Origin: Candidatus Daviesbacteria bacterium
GTDB lineage: Bacteria; Patescibacteriota; Microgenomatia; Daviesbacterales; UBA10151
Reading direction: 5' to 3'
DNA: 64,000 nucleotides
Assembly: GCA_016176465.1 (NCBI GenBank)
Contig: JACOXD010000003.1
Location: forward strand, 1,824-65,823
Part shown: positions 9,228 to 18,446 of the stretch, in pieces
Layout of the letters: each line of letters begins with the position of its first letter
Numbering within the stretch: the stretch's first letter is position 1
Notes under the pieces: generated by a model
Database searches by the model: none
The model's input: the letters and a program-made list of their open reading frames with translations, nothing else
Told to the model about the DNA's origin: nothing
Made by a program: the position numbers and the translations under genes

Positions 9228-9773
9228 TTAGAGGTAGGTTATGCGGGGTACAGAAAAAATCCATATTTGTACAACCCTCTCTCTTAAAGGATTAACTCCT
9301 TGCCCATTTCTGCCATCAAATTCAAAAATACCCACCTGTTGATACCTTCCAAGCTCTAATGCTCCATTTTTAAATGGTATCCAAACAGTTGGGTTCGCAA
9401 AAATTAAAGCCCTTATGTGCCTACCAGTATTATGGTCATTATCCAGTTCAGTAGGTGGTCTAAGAGGGCTGTCAGCACAGTTGTGGGTAAAGTCTAGTGT
9501 CGGATAAGGATAGGGAGGTTCCTGCCCCACAACCCACGTTGATCTGGCATCCTCCGGAACTAACACCCTAGAAAACCTTAAAATATCATCTAGCAACTTC
9601 GTTTCTGCTAGTTCATTTACTAACATCCCTAGCGTAGTGTGCTTTGAATGAACCCCTAATATGCCATGCTTCGCTTTTGATTTTTTCAAAGCCGCGTCCA
9701 CATCAGCGGTTAAATCCCAAATAGCACTAGGATTAGGCGATTCAAAATGTAGTTCTTTTATATACAGACCCAT
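9228..9773 (-). CDS. YjbQ/UPF0047-family protein
   Basis: HTTLGMLVNE ... ALELGRYQQVGIFEFDGRNGQ resembles the YjbQ signature (HTSASL...LGTWQGIYLCEFDG). Confidence 0.5.
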   Translation of the reverse strand: MGLYIKELHFESPNPSAIWDLTADVDAALKKSKAKHGILGVHSKHTTLGMLVNELAETKLLDDILRFSRVLVPEDARSTWVVGQEPPYPYPTLDFTHNCADSPLRPPTELDNDHNTGRHIRALIFANPTVWIPFKNGALELGRYQQVGIFEFDGRNGQGVNPLRERVVQIWIFSVPRITYL

Positions 9774-9814
9774 TTAGTTGCAGGTTATGTTACACTATCT
9801 AATTAGACGATTCT

Positions 9815-10393
9815 ATGAGTAAAGACCCACAATTGCCGGATCCGAAATCTATAACTCATCAAAGCTTTGAAATCTTATATAAAAAATTTGCTCTGCCTTT
9901 AATGAAATTTTTAGTTAAAAGAATGGGTGGCAATATGGATGCTGCTGAGGAGGTTTTTTCTCACACTGTGATGGCTGCCTGGAGGGGGTATCACACTTTT
10001 GAACATAAGAGTAAATTTTTTACCTGGCTTTGTAGGATTGGCTTAAATAAAATGGCTGATTATTATAGAGCTGAGATTAATAGAAGATCAGGTTGGATTG
10101 CACCAGGATTAGAAGAACTAGCTAATATTGGTAGTAAAGAGATCTCTCATGAGGAAAGATTAATCTTAAACGAGCTTCGCCAGTCTGTTAAAGATTGTAT
10201 TGCACTGCTACCACCTGAAAAACAACAACTTCTTCATCTTCGCTACTATAAGGAGATGACTCTTAAAAAAATTGCCGAGGCTTTGGGGATCTCTGAGCGA
10301 GCTGCAGAGGGAAAATTATATAGAGCAAGGATTGAGCTAAGAGAGATTATAATTAATAAATATCCTGAATACTCCCCATTTTCCAAAAAATAA
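9815..10393 (+). CDS. RNA polymerase sigma-70 family (ECF-type) sigma factor
   Basis: Region 2 helix (RIGLNKMADYYRAE) and region 4 HTH (LRYYKEMTLKKIAEALGISERAAEGKLYRAR). Confidence 0.8.
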   Translation: MSKDPQLPDPKSITHQSFEILYKKFALPLMKFLVKRMGGNMDAAEEVFSHTVMAAWRGYHTFEHKSKFFTWLCRIGLNKMADYYRAEINRRSGWIAPGLEELANIGSKEISHEERLILNELRQSVKDCIALLPPEKQQLLHLRYYKEMTLKKIAEALGISERAAEGKLYRARIELREIIINKYPEYSPFSKK

Positions 10394-10433
10394 ATTAGCA
10401 ATCTTTTAAAAATAAATATATAATCGGCCGGTT

Positions 10434-11237
10434 ATGAAAAAGGATTTAATTGTTATTAAAGTGGGTGGGAGTGTTGTAACAGATAAGGATAAGGTCAACC
10501 CTACCCCTAGGTTAGACGTTATTACCAATTTAACTAAGCAAGTAAAAAAAGTTTATTCATCTAAAAAATATAGTTTAGTTTTAGTACACGGGGCTGGCTC
10601 TTTTGCTCATCCATTAGCTAAAAAATATAACTTGCATCAAGGTATGAAAACCAAAGAGCAAAAATTAGGAATGGCTTTGACTCATCAATCACTATATAAC
10701 CTAAATAAATTGGTTCTTTCCGCTTTAATAAAACAATCCCTACCGGCAATAACACTAACCCCCCACTCTTTTATTACGCAATCAGGAGGTAAACTAAATG
10801 ACTTTAATTATCAAATTATTAAAGATTTATTAGGAAAAGATTTAATACCGCTACTTTATGGAGATGTAGTGCTAGATAATAAATGGGGATGCTCTATTCT
10901 TTCAGGAGATACTATTGTTTCTTATTTAGCAAAAAAACTTAAAGCGAAAAAGGTAATTTTTTTATCAGATGTTGATGGAATATATGATTGCGATCCTAAA
11001 AAAAATCCTCACGCTAAATTAATTCCTTTAATAAATAATCAAAATTTTAAAAAAGTTTTAGCGGGAATAACTTCAACAAATAAAGATGATGTAACTGATG
11101 AAATGAGAGGAAAAATTTTATCTATTAAAAATAATCTTGCAGGAGCAAAAGTTATAATTATAAACGGTTTTAAGCAGATAAGCCTAGACCTGGTTGTAGA
11201 TGGACACCAATTGGGGACAAGACTGGAATTCTCCTAG
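10434..11237 (+). CDS. isopentenyl phosphate kinase (amino-acid-kinase fold)
   Basis: IKVGGSVVTDK and LVLVHGAGSFAHP are the IPK / amino-acid-kinase glycine-rich and His motifs. About 267 aa. Confidence 0.6.
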   Translation: MKKDLIVIKVGGSVVTDKDKVNPTPRLDVITNLTKQVKKVYSSKKYSLVLVHGAGSFAHPLAKKYNLHQGMKTKEQKLGMALTHQSLYNLNKLVLSALIKQSLPAITLTPHSFITQSGGKLNDFNYQIIKDLLGKDLIPLLYGDVVLDNKWGCSILSGDTIVSYLAKKLKAKKVIFLSDVDGIYDCDPKKNPHAKLIPLINNQNFKKVLAGITSTNKDDVTDEMRGKILSIKNNLAGAKVIIINGFKQISLDLVVDGHQLGTRLEFS

Positions 11238-11823
11238 CATCAACTTCTAGTTGATCAAACACTTCTTGAGGAATTTGATTGCGCACTTCGTAATGCCTAT
11301 AAACTCCAGGAATAAAGTGTGAATTTGATGATTTAAAAGCTAAATAACCTGTAACTACCTCAAATACTCCTGGTCTAAAACTAAGATTGCCTAGCGGCAA
11401 ATTTAAAACCTCATCTATCCTTGCCCAACGAGGACTATCTACTTCATGAGAATGGGATCCAAGGGACAATCTTGCTCCAGGTGCAGTCTCGATTAGGTAG
11501 GCATGTAAGACTATTCCAGGGCTCAACTCGCACGCTCCTAGTCTGATCGAGGCTAAATCATCAGGATCTTTTAATCCCTTAACTTGCAGTTCTTCTCTAA
11601 AAATCCTCTCTGCTGCACTTTGATGGCTCTCTCCTGGCTCAACAGTCTCACAAGGTATCGCCCACATACCCCTAAGTTTGGCTGTCGCCCTTTTATCTTC
11701 TCGTTCTCTCACTGCTGCGAATTGTCCGGGTCTAGCTGGATCAACTACAAAAGCTCCTACGCCTGCAACTCGCTCTAATACTGCGCCCATATATATTAGT
11801 CGTTTAATATTACAAATCCCCAT
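11170..11823 (-). CDS. Nudix hydrolase
   Basis: Nudix box-like GMWAIPCETVEPGESHQSAAERIFREELQV. GC content is visibly higher than the flanks. The 3' end overlaps the convergent IPK gene by 68 nt. Confidence 0.5.
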   Translation of the reverse strand: MGICNIKRLIYMGAVLERVAGVGAFVVDPARPGQFAAVREREDKRATAKLRGMWAIPCETVEPGESHQSAAERIFREELQVKGLKDPDDLASIRLGACELSPGIVLHAYLIETAPGARLSLGSHSHEVDSPRWARIDEVLNLPLGNLSFRPGVFEVVTGYLAFKSSNSHFIPGVYRHYEVRNQIPQEVFDQLEVDARRIPVLSPIGVHLQPGLGLSA

Positions 11824-11890
11824 AATATTGTGTAAAGCAACAAAATTTTTCGTCTAATTAGAGATGGAGCGTTATAGAAAAAGCTCTTAA

Positions 11891-12427
11891 TCAAAAAAAT
11901 TTTTTTTCTTTTAATAAAGTTATTGCTTTGATAGCCCAAGGTGTATAGTTTTGGGGATTTTTTTCTATATCTTTTAAAAAATTATTTTTATCTTCCCACC
12001 TATATTCATAAGCTACTTGCAGATTTAGCCTAACTTCACCATCATATCTGGCTGTAAAAATAATATCATGCTCGTTCTCACAAAAGTCTCCATACTCTGC
12101 AAAATAATTCACTCCCCCATAATTTTTTAAATTTTCAACTTTTTTTATTCCATATTCTTTACCTAAACAACGCAAAGTTGCCTCCTCATCAGTTTCATCC
12201 TTACCATCTTTTTTATGAAGTTGGTGAGTTGAACCTGTAATATCCCAAATATTGTCAAATATTTGATGTTTTCTTCTCTGTAACAATATTTCTCCCTGGG
12301 AGTTATAGACTAAAACAGTGATAGCAAAATGTCGTTTACCTAATCCAGTATGTCCTACACTTTTGGGAAAATACTCACCGCTAAACTTCCCGTTTTCATC
12401 AGCACCCAAAATTATCTGATCAATCAT
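11891..12427 (-). CDS. idi: isopentenyl-diphosphate delta-isomerase, type 1 (Nudix-fold), divergent
   Basis: Aligns with E. coli Idi: [19 protein letters not shown] against [32 protein letters not shown] against NEVCPVFAAR, and a C-terminal PWA. The catalytic Cys position is Ser here. Confidence 0.6.
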   Translation of the reverse strand: [178 protein letters not shown]

Positions 12428-12430
12428 AGG

Positions 12431-13435
12431 TTAAAAAATTTTCCGTGGATTTTTTTCAACAGGAGCAAACCTGATCCTTCTTTCTCTTTCTACTAATTCA
12501 GCTAAACCATCCTCTCTTATATCTTGGACTCCCATCTGCCAGAAAAAGTTTACTACACCTTCCACTAAAACTTCAGGAGTTGAGGCAGCAGAGGTAACAG
12601 CAACTACTTGAGTACCATACATTTCAGGACTTAGATCTTGCCAGCCAGCAATCAACTGTGCAGGAGTTCCCTCTTGCCAAGAAGTCTTGCCTAGCATTTT
12701 ACCATTATGACTTCTTGTACCTGTTACTACTAAAAATTTACCTGCTTTTTTGGCAAGAAATCTCACAGCTTCTTGCCTATCGTCAGTAGCATGACATATA
12801 CCATCGACAATCACCGCATGAGGAAATATTTTACATAAAGCAGATCTCGTTGCCTCAGTTTCAGTCGTACTTAATGTAGTTTGATTCGTAATAATAATCC
12901 CTCTTTCTGTATGATCGTTAGGAAGTTGTAAATTACGAGCTTGATCTATATCCTCTACTGGATAAACTCTATCCGGTGCTACCCCATAAACAGCTAACTG
13001 CTCGGGATGTCCTCTTTTAGAAATATCAATCACATAAGACCCATTTTGGGAAGCCCTTTGCCAAACAATTCTTTGTCTAGTCATAACATAAGGACAAGCA
13101 GTATTAGCCCAGTCTAGTCCTAACTCATCAGCTAACTTAAATTGATAAGGAGGAGTTCCGTGGGCTCTAAAAATTGTTCGGGAACCTTGGGGAATTGAGG
13201 CTAGATCTTCTGGTTCTACCACCCTTACCCCTAATGCTTTTAACCTAGCTATCTCATACTCATTATGAATTGGTTGACCTACGACAGTAGGTCCAGGTTT
13301 CCCTTCTTCTCTTGCTTTTATTGCCTCACCTTCAATAAATTCAACTGTGCGAATTACACCTGCACATTGACCACGAGGATTGGCAAGAAGTATTGTTTCC
13401 GGAATAATTCCCCATGGACGAATTATTTCTGCCAT
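12431..13435 (-). CDS. ispH: 4-hydroxy-3-methylbut-2-enyl diphosphate reductase
   Basis: LLANPRGQCAGV (first Fe-S Cys motif), IFRAHGTPP and NTACPYV match the LytB/IspH signatures. Confidence 0.85.
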   Translation of the reverse strand: MAEIIRPWGIIPETILLANPRGQCAGVIRTVEFIEGEAIKAREEGKPGPTVVGQPIHNEYEIARLKALGVRVVEPEDLASIPQGSRTIFRAHGTPPYQFKLADELGLDWANTACPYVMTRQRIVWQRASQNGSYVIDISKRGHPEQLAVYGVAPDRVYPVEDIDQARNLQLPNDHTERGIIITNQTTLSTTETEATRSALCKIFPHAVIVDGICHATDDRQEAVRFLAKKAGKFLVVTGTRSHNGKMLGKTSWQEGTPAQLIAGWQDLSPEMYGTQVVAVTSAASTPEVLVEGVVNFFWQMGVQDIREDGLAELVERERRIRFAPVEKNPRKIF

Positions 13436-13454
13436 ATATTATTAGTCTTAAAAC

Positions 13455-14210
13455 TTAATTAGATCCCTCAAGCAGGGAAACAGCAAAATAAACCACTAAA
13501 ACCCCAAGGATTAAAAGACAAACTTGGATAAAAGATACACTTCTTTTATCCTGGCTGTGAATCTCTGGGATTAAATCTGAGGCTGCTATATAAATAAAAA
13601 AACCTGCAGATATTGCCAGCACTATTGGCAATAATCCCTCTATGGAATCTTTTATAAAAAAAGTAAGTACTGCTCCAACCATGGCAGTCAGCGCAGAAAA
13701 AAAGTTCCAAAATAAAACTTTTTTAGGTTTAATTCCCCGATGCAACATTACACCAAAGTCCCCTATTTCTTGAGGAATTTCATGAGCTGCAACAGCTAGT
13801 GAGGTTATAACTCCTAAAGGAATATTCACTAAAAAAGTAGCTGCGATAACCACTCCATCTATAAAATTATGGATTGAATCCCCAAAAATAATTAAAGGAA
13901 CAGTTGAGGGTTTTTCCTTGGGAGAATGCTCGTGATGATGGTGAAACCAGGAGATAAAGTGCTCTAAGATAAAAAAGGTTAATATTCCAAAAAGCACCCA
14001 GAAAAATATATTAACTTCCTTTTCTGCTTCAAAAGCTTCAGGCATTAAATCAAAAAAAGCAGTTCCAAGCAAAGTTCCAGCTGCAAAAGAAGCTAAGAAG
14101 TGAGAAATATTGGTAGCAATTTTTTCCTTTGCTATAAGCAATACTCCCCCAACTAGGGAGACCACACTTCCTATAAAACTAAACACTAAAATATATGTAA
14201 AAGTATCCAT
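13455..14210 (-). CDS. ZIP-family metal (Zn/Fe) transporter
   Basis: Multi-TM protein with a His-rich loop (HHHHEHSPKEK) and the ZIP signature AHEIPQEIGDFGVML. Confidence 0.75.
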   Translation of the reverse strand: MDTFTYILVFSFIGSVVSLVGGVLLIAKEKIATNISHFLASFAAGTLLGTAFFDLMPEAFEAEKEVNIFFWVLFGILTFFILEHFISWFHHHHEHSPKEKPSTVPLIIFGDSIHNFIDGVVIAATFLVNIPLGVITSLAVAAHEIPQEIGDFGVMLHRGIKPKKVLFWNFFSALTAMVGAVLTFFIKDSIEGLLPIVLAISAGFFIYIAASDLIPEIHSQDKRSVSFIQVCLLILGVLVVYFAVSLLEGSN

Positions 14211-14219
14211 TAAATTAAT

Positions 14220-14855
14220 TTACTCCATTGTCTGTTCAGGACCTTTATCTCTTAATTTATCAATAAATACTCCAACTCTATTTTCATCAAATTGATCAAA
14301 TTTATCCATTCTCCCCCAGGCAGTTAGAGCAATTTGAGTATCCAGATTAGGTCTTGGGGTAATAATAATTTTTCTCTTACCCTTTTTCTCATAAATTGAG
14401 ATTAACTTATCAACTAAATCATGGCACTCTTTGGATCTAAAATTTAAAGATAATACAGCAGAACTTGTAGCCTCAGTGGCTGAACTTGTTGCCTCATTTA
14501 CTTTATCTTCAATACCATGTGCTTTAGCTTGGGGAATTAACCTAAAACTGCTTATTTTTTTATCACAGTTATAGGAAATAATTATATAACCATGTTCAAG
14601 GGAGTGAACTAAGTTTCTATCATCTTGTGGCTCTGAATAAACTCCTGGCTTTGTCCAAACTTCATAATGGGGTCCTGAGGTAGGAGGATTTGAGTTGTAA
14701 TCTATTTTGCTACCTTCAGCTACATGCCCTCTTCCTAGATCCGCAATTAATTCTCCAGGTAGTGGTTTTGCTGATTCAATAAATGCCCAACCTAAAATAG
14801 CTGCAATGATTACTCCTGTACTTATAAAAACATGAATTTTTTTAATTTTGCTCAT
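14220..14855 (-). CDS. DUF3105-family exported protein
   Basis: Signal/TM N-terminus. The PPTSGPHY ... HSLEHGY motif pair is characteristic of DUF3105. Confidence 0.5.
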   Translation of the reverse strand: MSKIKKIHVFISTGVIIAAILGWAFIESAKPLPGELIADLGRGHVAEGSKIDYNSNPPTSGPHYEVWTKPGVYSEPQDDRNLVHSLEHGYIIISYNCDKKISSFRLIPQAKAHGIEDKVNEATSSATEATSSAVLSLNFRSKECHDLVDKLISIYEKKGKRKIIITPRPNLDTQIALTAWGRMDKFDQFDENRVGVFIDKLRDKGPEQTME

Positions 14856-15454
14856 TAGTTATACTGATTTTGTACTTTTTCCAAACCTTCATCAATTAGA
14901 GTTTGTAAGGCTTTAATTGAATGTTTAATCATCTGTTTTACTTTTGATTTATCCCTTGTGTGAAAAGGAGTTAGTACAAACTGATCAGCTGAAAAATGCT
15001 CCCCTCCACGCTCTCCTAATTTTGACCTTAAATTACCAATGCCTAACCTTATCCTAATAAATTTATCATTCTGTAGCGATTTAATGATTGATTCTACACC
15101 ATGATGACCAGCTGCTGCACCACCTAGGCGGATTTTAATTTTACCCAAAGGCAAATCAAGTTCATCATGAACTATAACTAAATCCTCCAAACCTATTTTA
15201 AAATAATCCGCCAGCAATCTGACTGCCATACCTGAGTTATTCATAAAGGTAAGGGGTTTAACCAATAAAGTATTATCTAATTTAATAATCTCAGATTTAA
15301 ATTTTTCCTCTTTAGTCCAAATCCCCCTACCAGCTGGGGTGTGTTTTTGAACATATTCATCTAAAACATCAAAGCCTAAATTATGTTTAGTACCAGCATA
15401 CTTTTCTTCAGGATTTCCCAATCCTACAATGATTTTCATATTAACTATTAACAA
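14855..15454 (-). CDS. pth: peptidyl-tRNA hydrolase
   Basis: N-terminal IIVGLGNPEEKYAGTKHNLGFDVLD is the canonical Pth motif. Confidence 0.85.
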   Translation of the reverse strand: MLIVNMKIIVGLGNPEEKYAGTKHNLGFDVLDEYVQKHTPAGRGIWTKEEKFKSEIIKLDNTLLVKPLTFMNNSGMAVRLLADYFKIGLEDLVIVHDELDLPLGKIKIRLGGAAAGHHGVESIIKSLQNDKFIRIRLGIGNLRSKLGERGGEHFSADQFVLTPFHTRDKSKVKQMIKHSIKALQTLIDEGLEKVQNQYN

Positions 15455-16090
15455 TTAACTACTAGCCATTAATGCTATTACTTCCTCATCTGAGATTGGA
15501 TGAAAATCCTCATAAAAACTTCCTACAGCTCCCAGGTATTCTACGAGTTGTAAAATTATCATCTCATCAATATTCGAATCGAGAATATTTAAAACTTCTT
15601 TAGACAAAACAGGGATAGCTAAAATTATTCTACCCGCTTTAAGATATTTTAGATAATTAATTGCAGCTTGGACTGTAGCACCTGTTGCTATTCCATCATC
15701 TACTAAAATAACCACTTTTCCTGTAATATCTAAAGGAAGTCTGTCTTTTCTATATAGAGTTTCTCTTCTTTGAATTTCCTTTTTTTGCGCCTCAATCTCA
15801 TCTACTAATTGATCCTTCTTAATTCCAAGTTCCATCAATAAATTTTGATCCCAAAAAACCTCTCCCCTGGGATCAAGTGCACCTAATGCTAGTTCAGGTT
15901 GAGTTGGGGCACCAATTTTGCGGGTAATAACAATATCTAATGGTATATTTAATTTTTTGGCAATTTGGTACGCTACAACAACCCCACCTCTGGGAATGCC
16001 TAAAACTAAGGTATTTTCTTTATTAGCATAATTACTTAACCTCAAAGCAAGCAACTGTCCAGCAGCTTCTCTATTTTTATAAATTTGCAT
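15455..16090 (-). CDS. type I phosphoribosyltransferase-domain protein
   Basis: PRPP-binding motif VVILVDDGIATGAT. Confidence 0.65.
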   Translation of the reverse strand: MQIYKNREAAGQLLALRLSNYANKENTLVLGIPRGGVVVAYQIAKKLNIPLDIVITRKIGAPTQPELALGALDPRGEVFWDQNLLMELGIKKDQLVDEIEAQKKEIQRRETLYRKDRLPLDITGKVVILVDDGIATGATVQAAINYLKYLKAGRIILAIPVLSKEVLNILDSNIDEMIILQLVEYLGAVGSFYEDFHPISDEEVIALMASS

Positions 16091-17361
16091 TAAAACATAC
16101 TAATTTGTGCTTCTTCAACAGATTTTTCTTCTTTATCCCAAATTTTTACTACACCATAAGTATTATCAAAACCAGGTTTTATTTTTAATTTTCCTTCCCT
16201 TACTCTTTTTACTCCTTCTGCTACCTTTTCCCCTGCTACTTTGGCAATTTCTTCGATCTTTCTTTTAGTTAAAATCATTAATTCATTATCAAAAGTTTTT
16301 ACTAATCTTACGTATTCATTTTTGACCTTTTGGGTTGATACGCTAGTATTAAACGCTTCTGCTAAAATTTCCTCCAGTTGCACTAACATTCTAAATCCTG
16401 ATCTTTTGGGAAATTCTTTAGATTTTATTATTCCTTCCTTATCGCTCATTACTCCTATCTCATCACTAGATCTATCTGCTAAATCTTCCACCCTAGTCAT
16501 TACCCCTACAGTTAATCTTCTTTTACATTTTGGGCAAATTTCACCCTTTTCTTTTAATTCCTTGGGAGAATAAACAATTCCACAACTTCTATGACCACTG
16601 TAGTGGTATTTTCCCTCTTCCGGGAAAAATTCAATTGTGCCAACTATATTTTGATTTTTTAAATCATATCTTAAGCTATCAAAAGTCAAATTTCCTCCCA
16701 TAATAGTCACCTCTCTTCCTAACCTAGGTAGTGAATGGGCATCAGAGAAAGAAACAATGGATTTTTTATCTAAATCTTTAATTCGCCAATTCATTGCAGG
16801 CTCACTGGATAATCCTGTTTCAATTGCATAAATTTGATCACTAAACTCTCCAAAACAATCTTCCAATAAGTCGTAGCCGGACTCTGATCCAAATAGAGAA
16901 AACCAGGGCGTAAAAATATGGGCTGGAATAATTAATGCGCCAGGTTCAATTTGAAATACTATTTCACATAAAGCCTTTGTAGATAAACCCAAAATGGGCC
17001 TGCCATCGGAGGAAAGATTCATTCCTTTTTTAGTTAATACACTTGATAAATTTATGGCAGATTCAAAACTGGGTAGCATTATTAAAGTATGGATTCTTCT
17101 TACTTTTCCACCCTCTGAGTAAATACAAGCTACCTCTGTTGTTAATACAAATTTGACTCCCTCAAATTCAAAAAAGCCATCTTGTTCTTTTTTTAATACA
17201 CTTTTTAACTCTGTTTGCCATAAAGGATGCAAACAATCCCCAGTTCCCATTAAATCTATTCCTTTATATTTGGCCCATAAAGATAAATTAGGGATATTTA
17301 AAGCGCTGGAGCAAGCTCTGGAGAATCTGGAGTGGATGTGCAAATCTGCAACATAAGCCAT
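16090..17361 (-). CDS. endonuclease Q-like protein (PHP domain plus C-terminal Zn finger)
   Basis: ADLHIHSRFS, MGTGDCLHPLW, IPAHIFTPWFSLF, SDAHSLPRLGRE and the CPKCKRR finger parallel the archaeal EndoQ motif order. About 423 aa. Confidence 0.65.
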   Translation of the reverse strand: MAYVADLHIHSRFSRACSSALNIPNLSLWAKYKGIDLMGTGDCLHPLWQTELKSVLKKEQDGFFEFEGVKFVLTTEVACIYSEGGKVRRIHTLIMLPSFESAINLSSVLTKKGMNLSSDGRPILGLSTKALCEIVFQIEPGALIIPAHIFTPWFSLFGSESGYDLLEDCFGEFSDQIYAIETGLSSEPAMNWRIKDLDKKSIVSFSDAHSLPRLGREVTIMGGNLTFDSLRYDLKNQNIVGTIEFFPEEGKYHYSGHRSCGIVYSPKELKEKGEICPKCKRRLTVGVMTRVEDLADRSSDEIGVMSDKEGIIKSKEFPKRSGFRMLVQLEEILAEAFNTSVSTQKVKNEYVRLVKTFDNELMILTKRKIEEIAKVAGEKVAEGVKRVREGKLKIKPGFDNTYGVVKIWDKEEKSVEEAQISMF

Positions 17362-17546
17362 AAATTAGCGATTAGCGTATAGGGTATAGCGTTAAGTACA
17401 AAAAAGCAATATTATTTATTGACGAAGAGGGTGGCAGGGAGGAGAGACTCAAAACGTACCGCAAACTTGCATTGTTTCGTAGAAATCAATACTTTAAGTT
17501 GAGGAACGGCTTTGAGAAACCGAGCTGACAGGACCCGGAGCCTAAG

Positions 17547-18407
17547 ATGCTTTTTGACACTCATACCCATTTAAACTTTAAAGCTTTTGAAAATAATTTT
17601 GATCAGGTAATTAAAGACTCTCTTAAAGCAGGGATTAGATACATAAACATTGTTGGAACAGATATAGATTCATCAAAAAAAGCAGTCGAAATTGCAGAGA
17701 AATATGTAGATACCTTTGCTTCAGTAGGCATACATCCTCATCACATTTTTAATTATCTAACCAGTAATGTCATTCTGAGTGAAACGAAGAATCTAGGTCC
17801 TTCCTCCCCTAAGGGGCCCGCGCTTCAGGATGACTTACAGGAATTAGAAAAATTGTTAAAGAATCCAAAAGTAATTGCTGTTGGTGAAACTGGAATGGAC
17901 CGGCATATATATAAAAAAACAAGATATAAGAGATACGGGATAAGTGATAAGTTAATAAACTTGCAAAAAAAGGCTTTTATTGCTCAAATAAAGTTAGCTT
18001 TAAAATACCAAAAATCTTTAATTATACATAACAGAGATGCAGTAAATGAGTTATTAGAAGTTCTTACATCACACCTCGGAGGTGTTACAAAACTTAGGGC
18101 AGTTTTTCATTGTTGTGAGCCTGATCAAAAACTCCTAGATTTTGCTATTAAAAATAAAATTTACATAGGAATAGATGGAGATGTTACATATGATAAAAAA
18201 AAACAAGAATTTATTAAAAAAATCCCTCTAGATTTATTAGTTTTAGAAACCGACTCCCCTTTTTTAACACCAGAGGGTTTAAAAAATCCAAATATACCAT
18301 CAAATTTAAATTATATAGCTGAATATATTGCAGAAAAGTTAAAAATTGATATAAAAAAGTTAAAAGAAGTTACTTTGAAGAATAGTAAAAAGTTATTTAA
18401 GCTTTAA
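17547..18407 (+). CDS. tatD: TatD-family metal-dependent DNase/hydrolase carrying an in-frame 22-codon palindromic insert
   Basis: MLFDTHTHLNF, GIHPHH and GETGMD motifs. The insert encodes VILSETKNLGPSSPKGPALQDD. Confidence 0.8.
   Translation: MLFDTHTHLNFKAFENNFDQVIKDSLKAGIRYINIVGTDIDSSKKAVEIAEKYVDTFASVGIHPHHIFNYLTSNVILSETKNLGPSSPKGPALQDDLQELEKLLKNPKVIAVGETGMDRHIYKKTRYKRYGISDKLINLQKKAFIAQIKLALKYQKSLIIHNRDAVNELLEVLTSHLGGVTKLRAVFHCCEPDQKLLDFAIKNKIYIGIDGDVTYDKKKQEFIKKIPLDLLVLETDSPFLTPEGLKNPNIPSNLNYIAEYIAEKLKIDIKKLKEVTLKNSKKLFKL
17769..17834. repeat. short palindromic repeat element, in frame in tatD
   Basis: gtcattctgagtgaaacgaagaatc...cttcaggatgac. The terminal inverted repeats gtcattctga / tcaggatgac flank a GC-rich core (cccctaaggggcccgcgc). 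66 nt, 22 codons. Confidence 0.6.
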
Positions 18408-18446
18408 GTTGTATAATCATTATAATTTTTATAATCGTTATAACTA

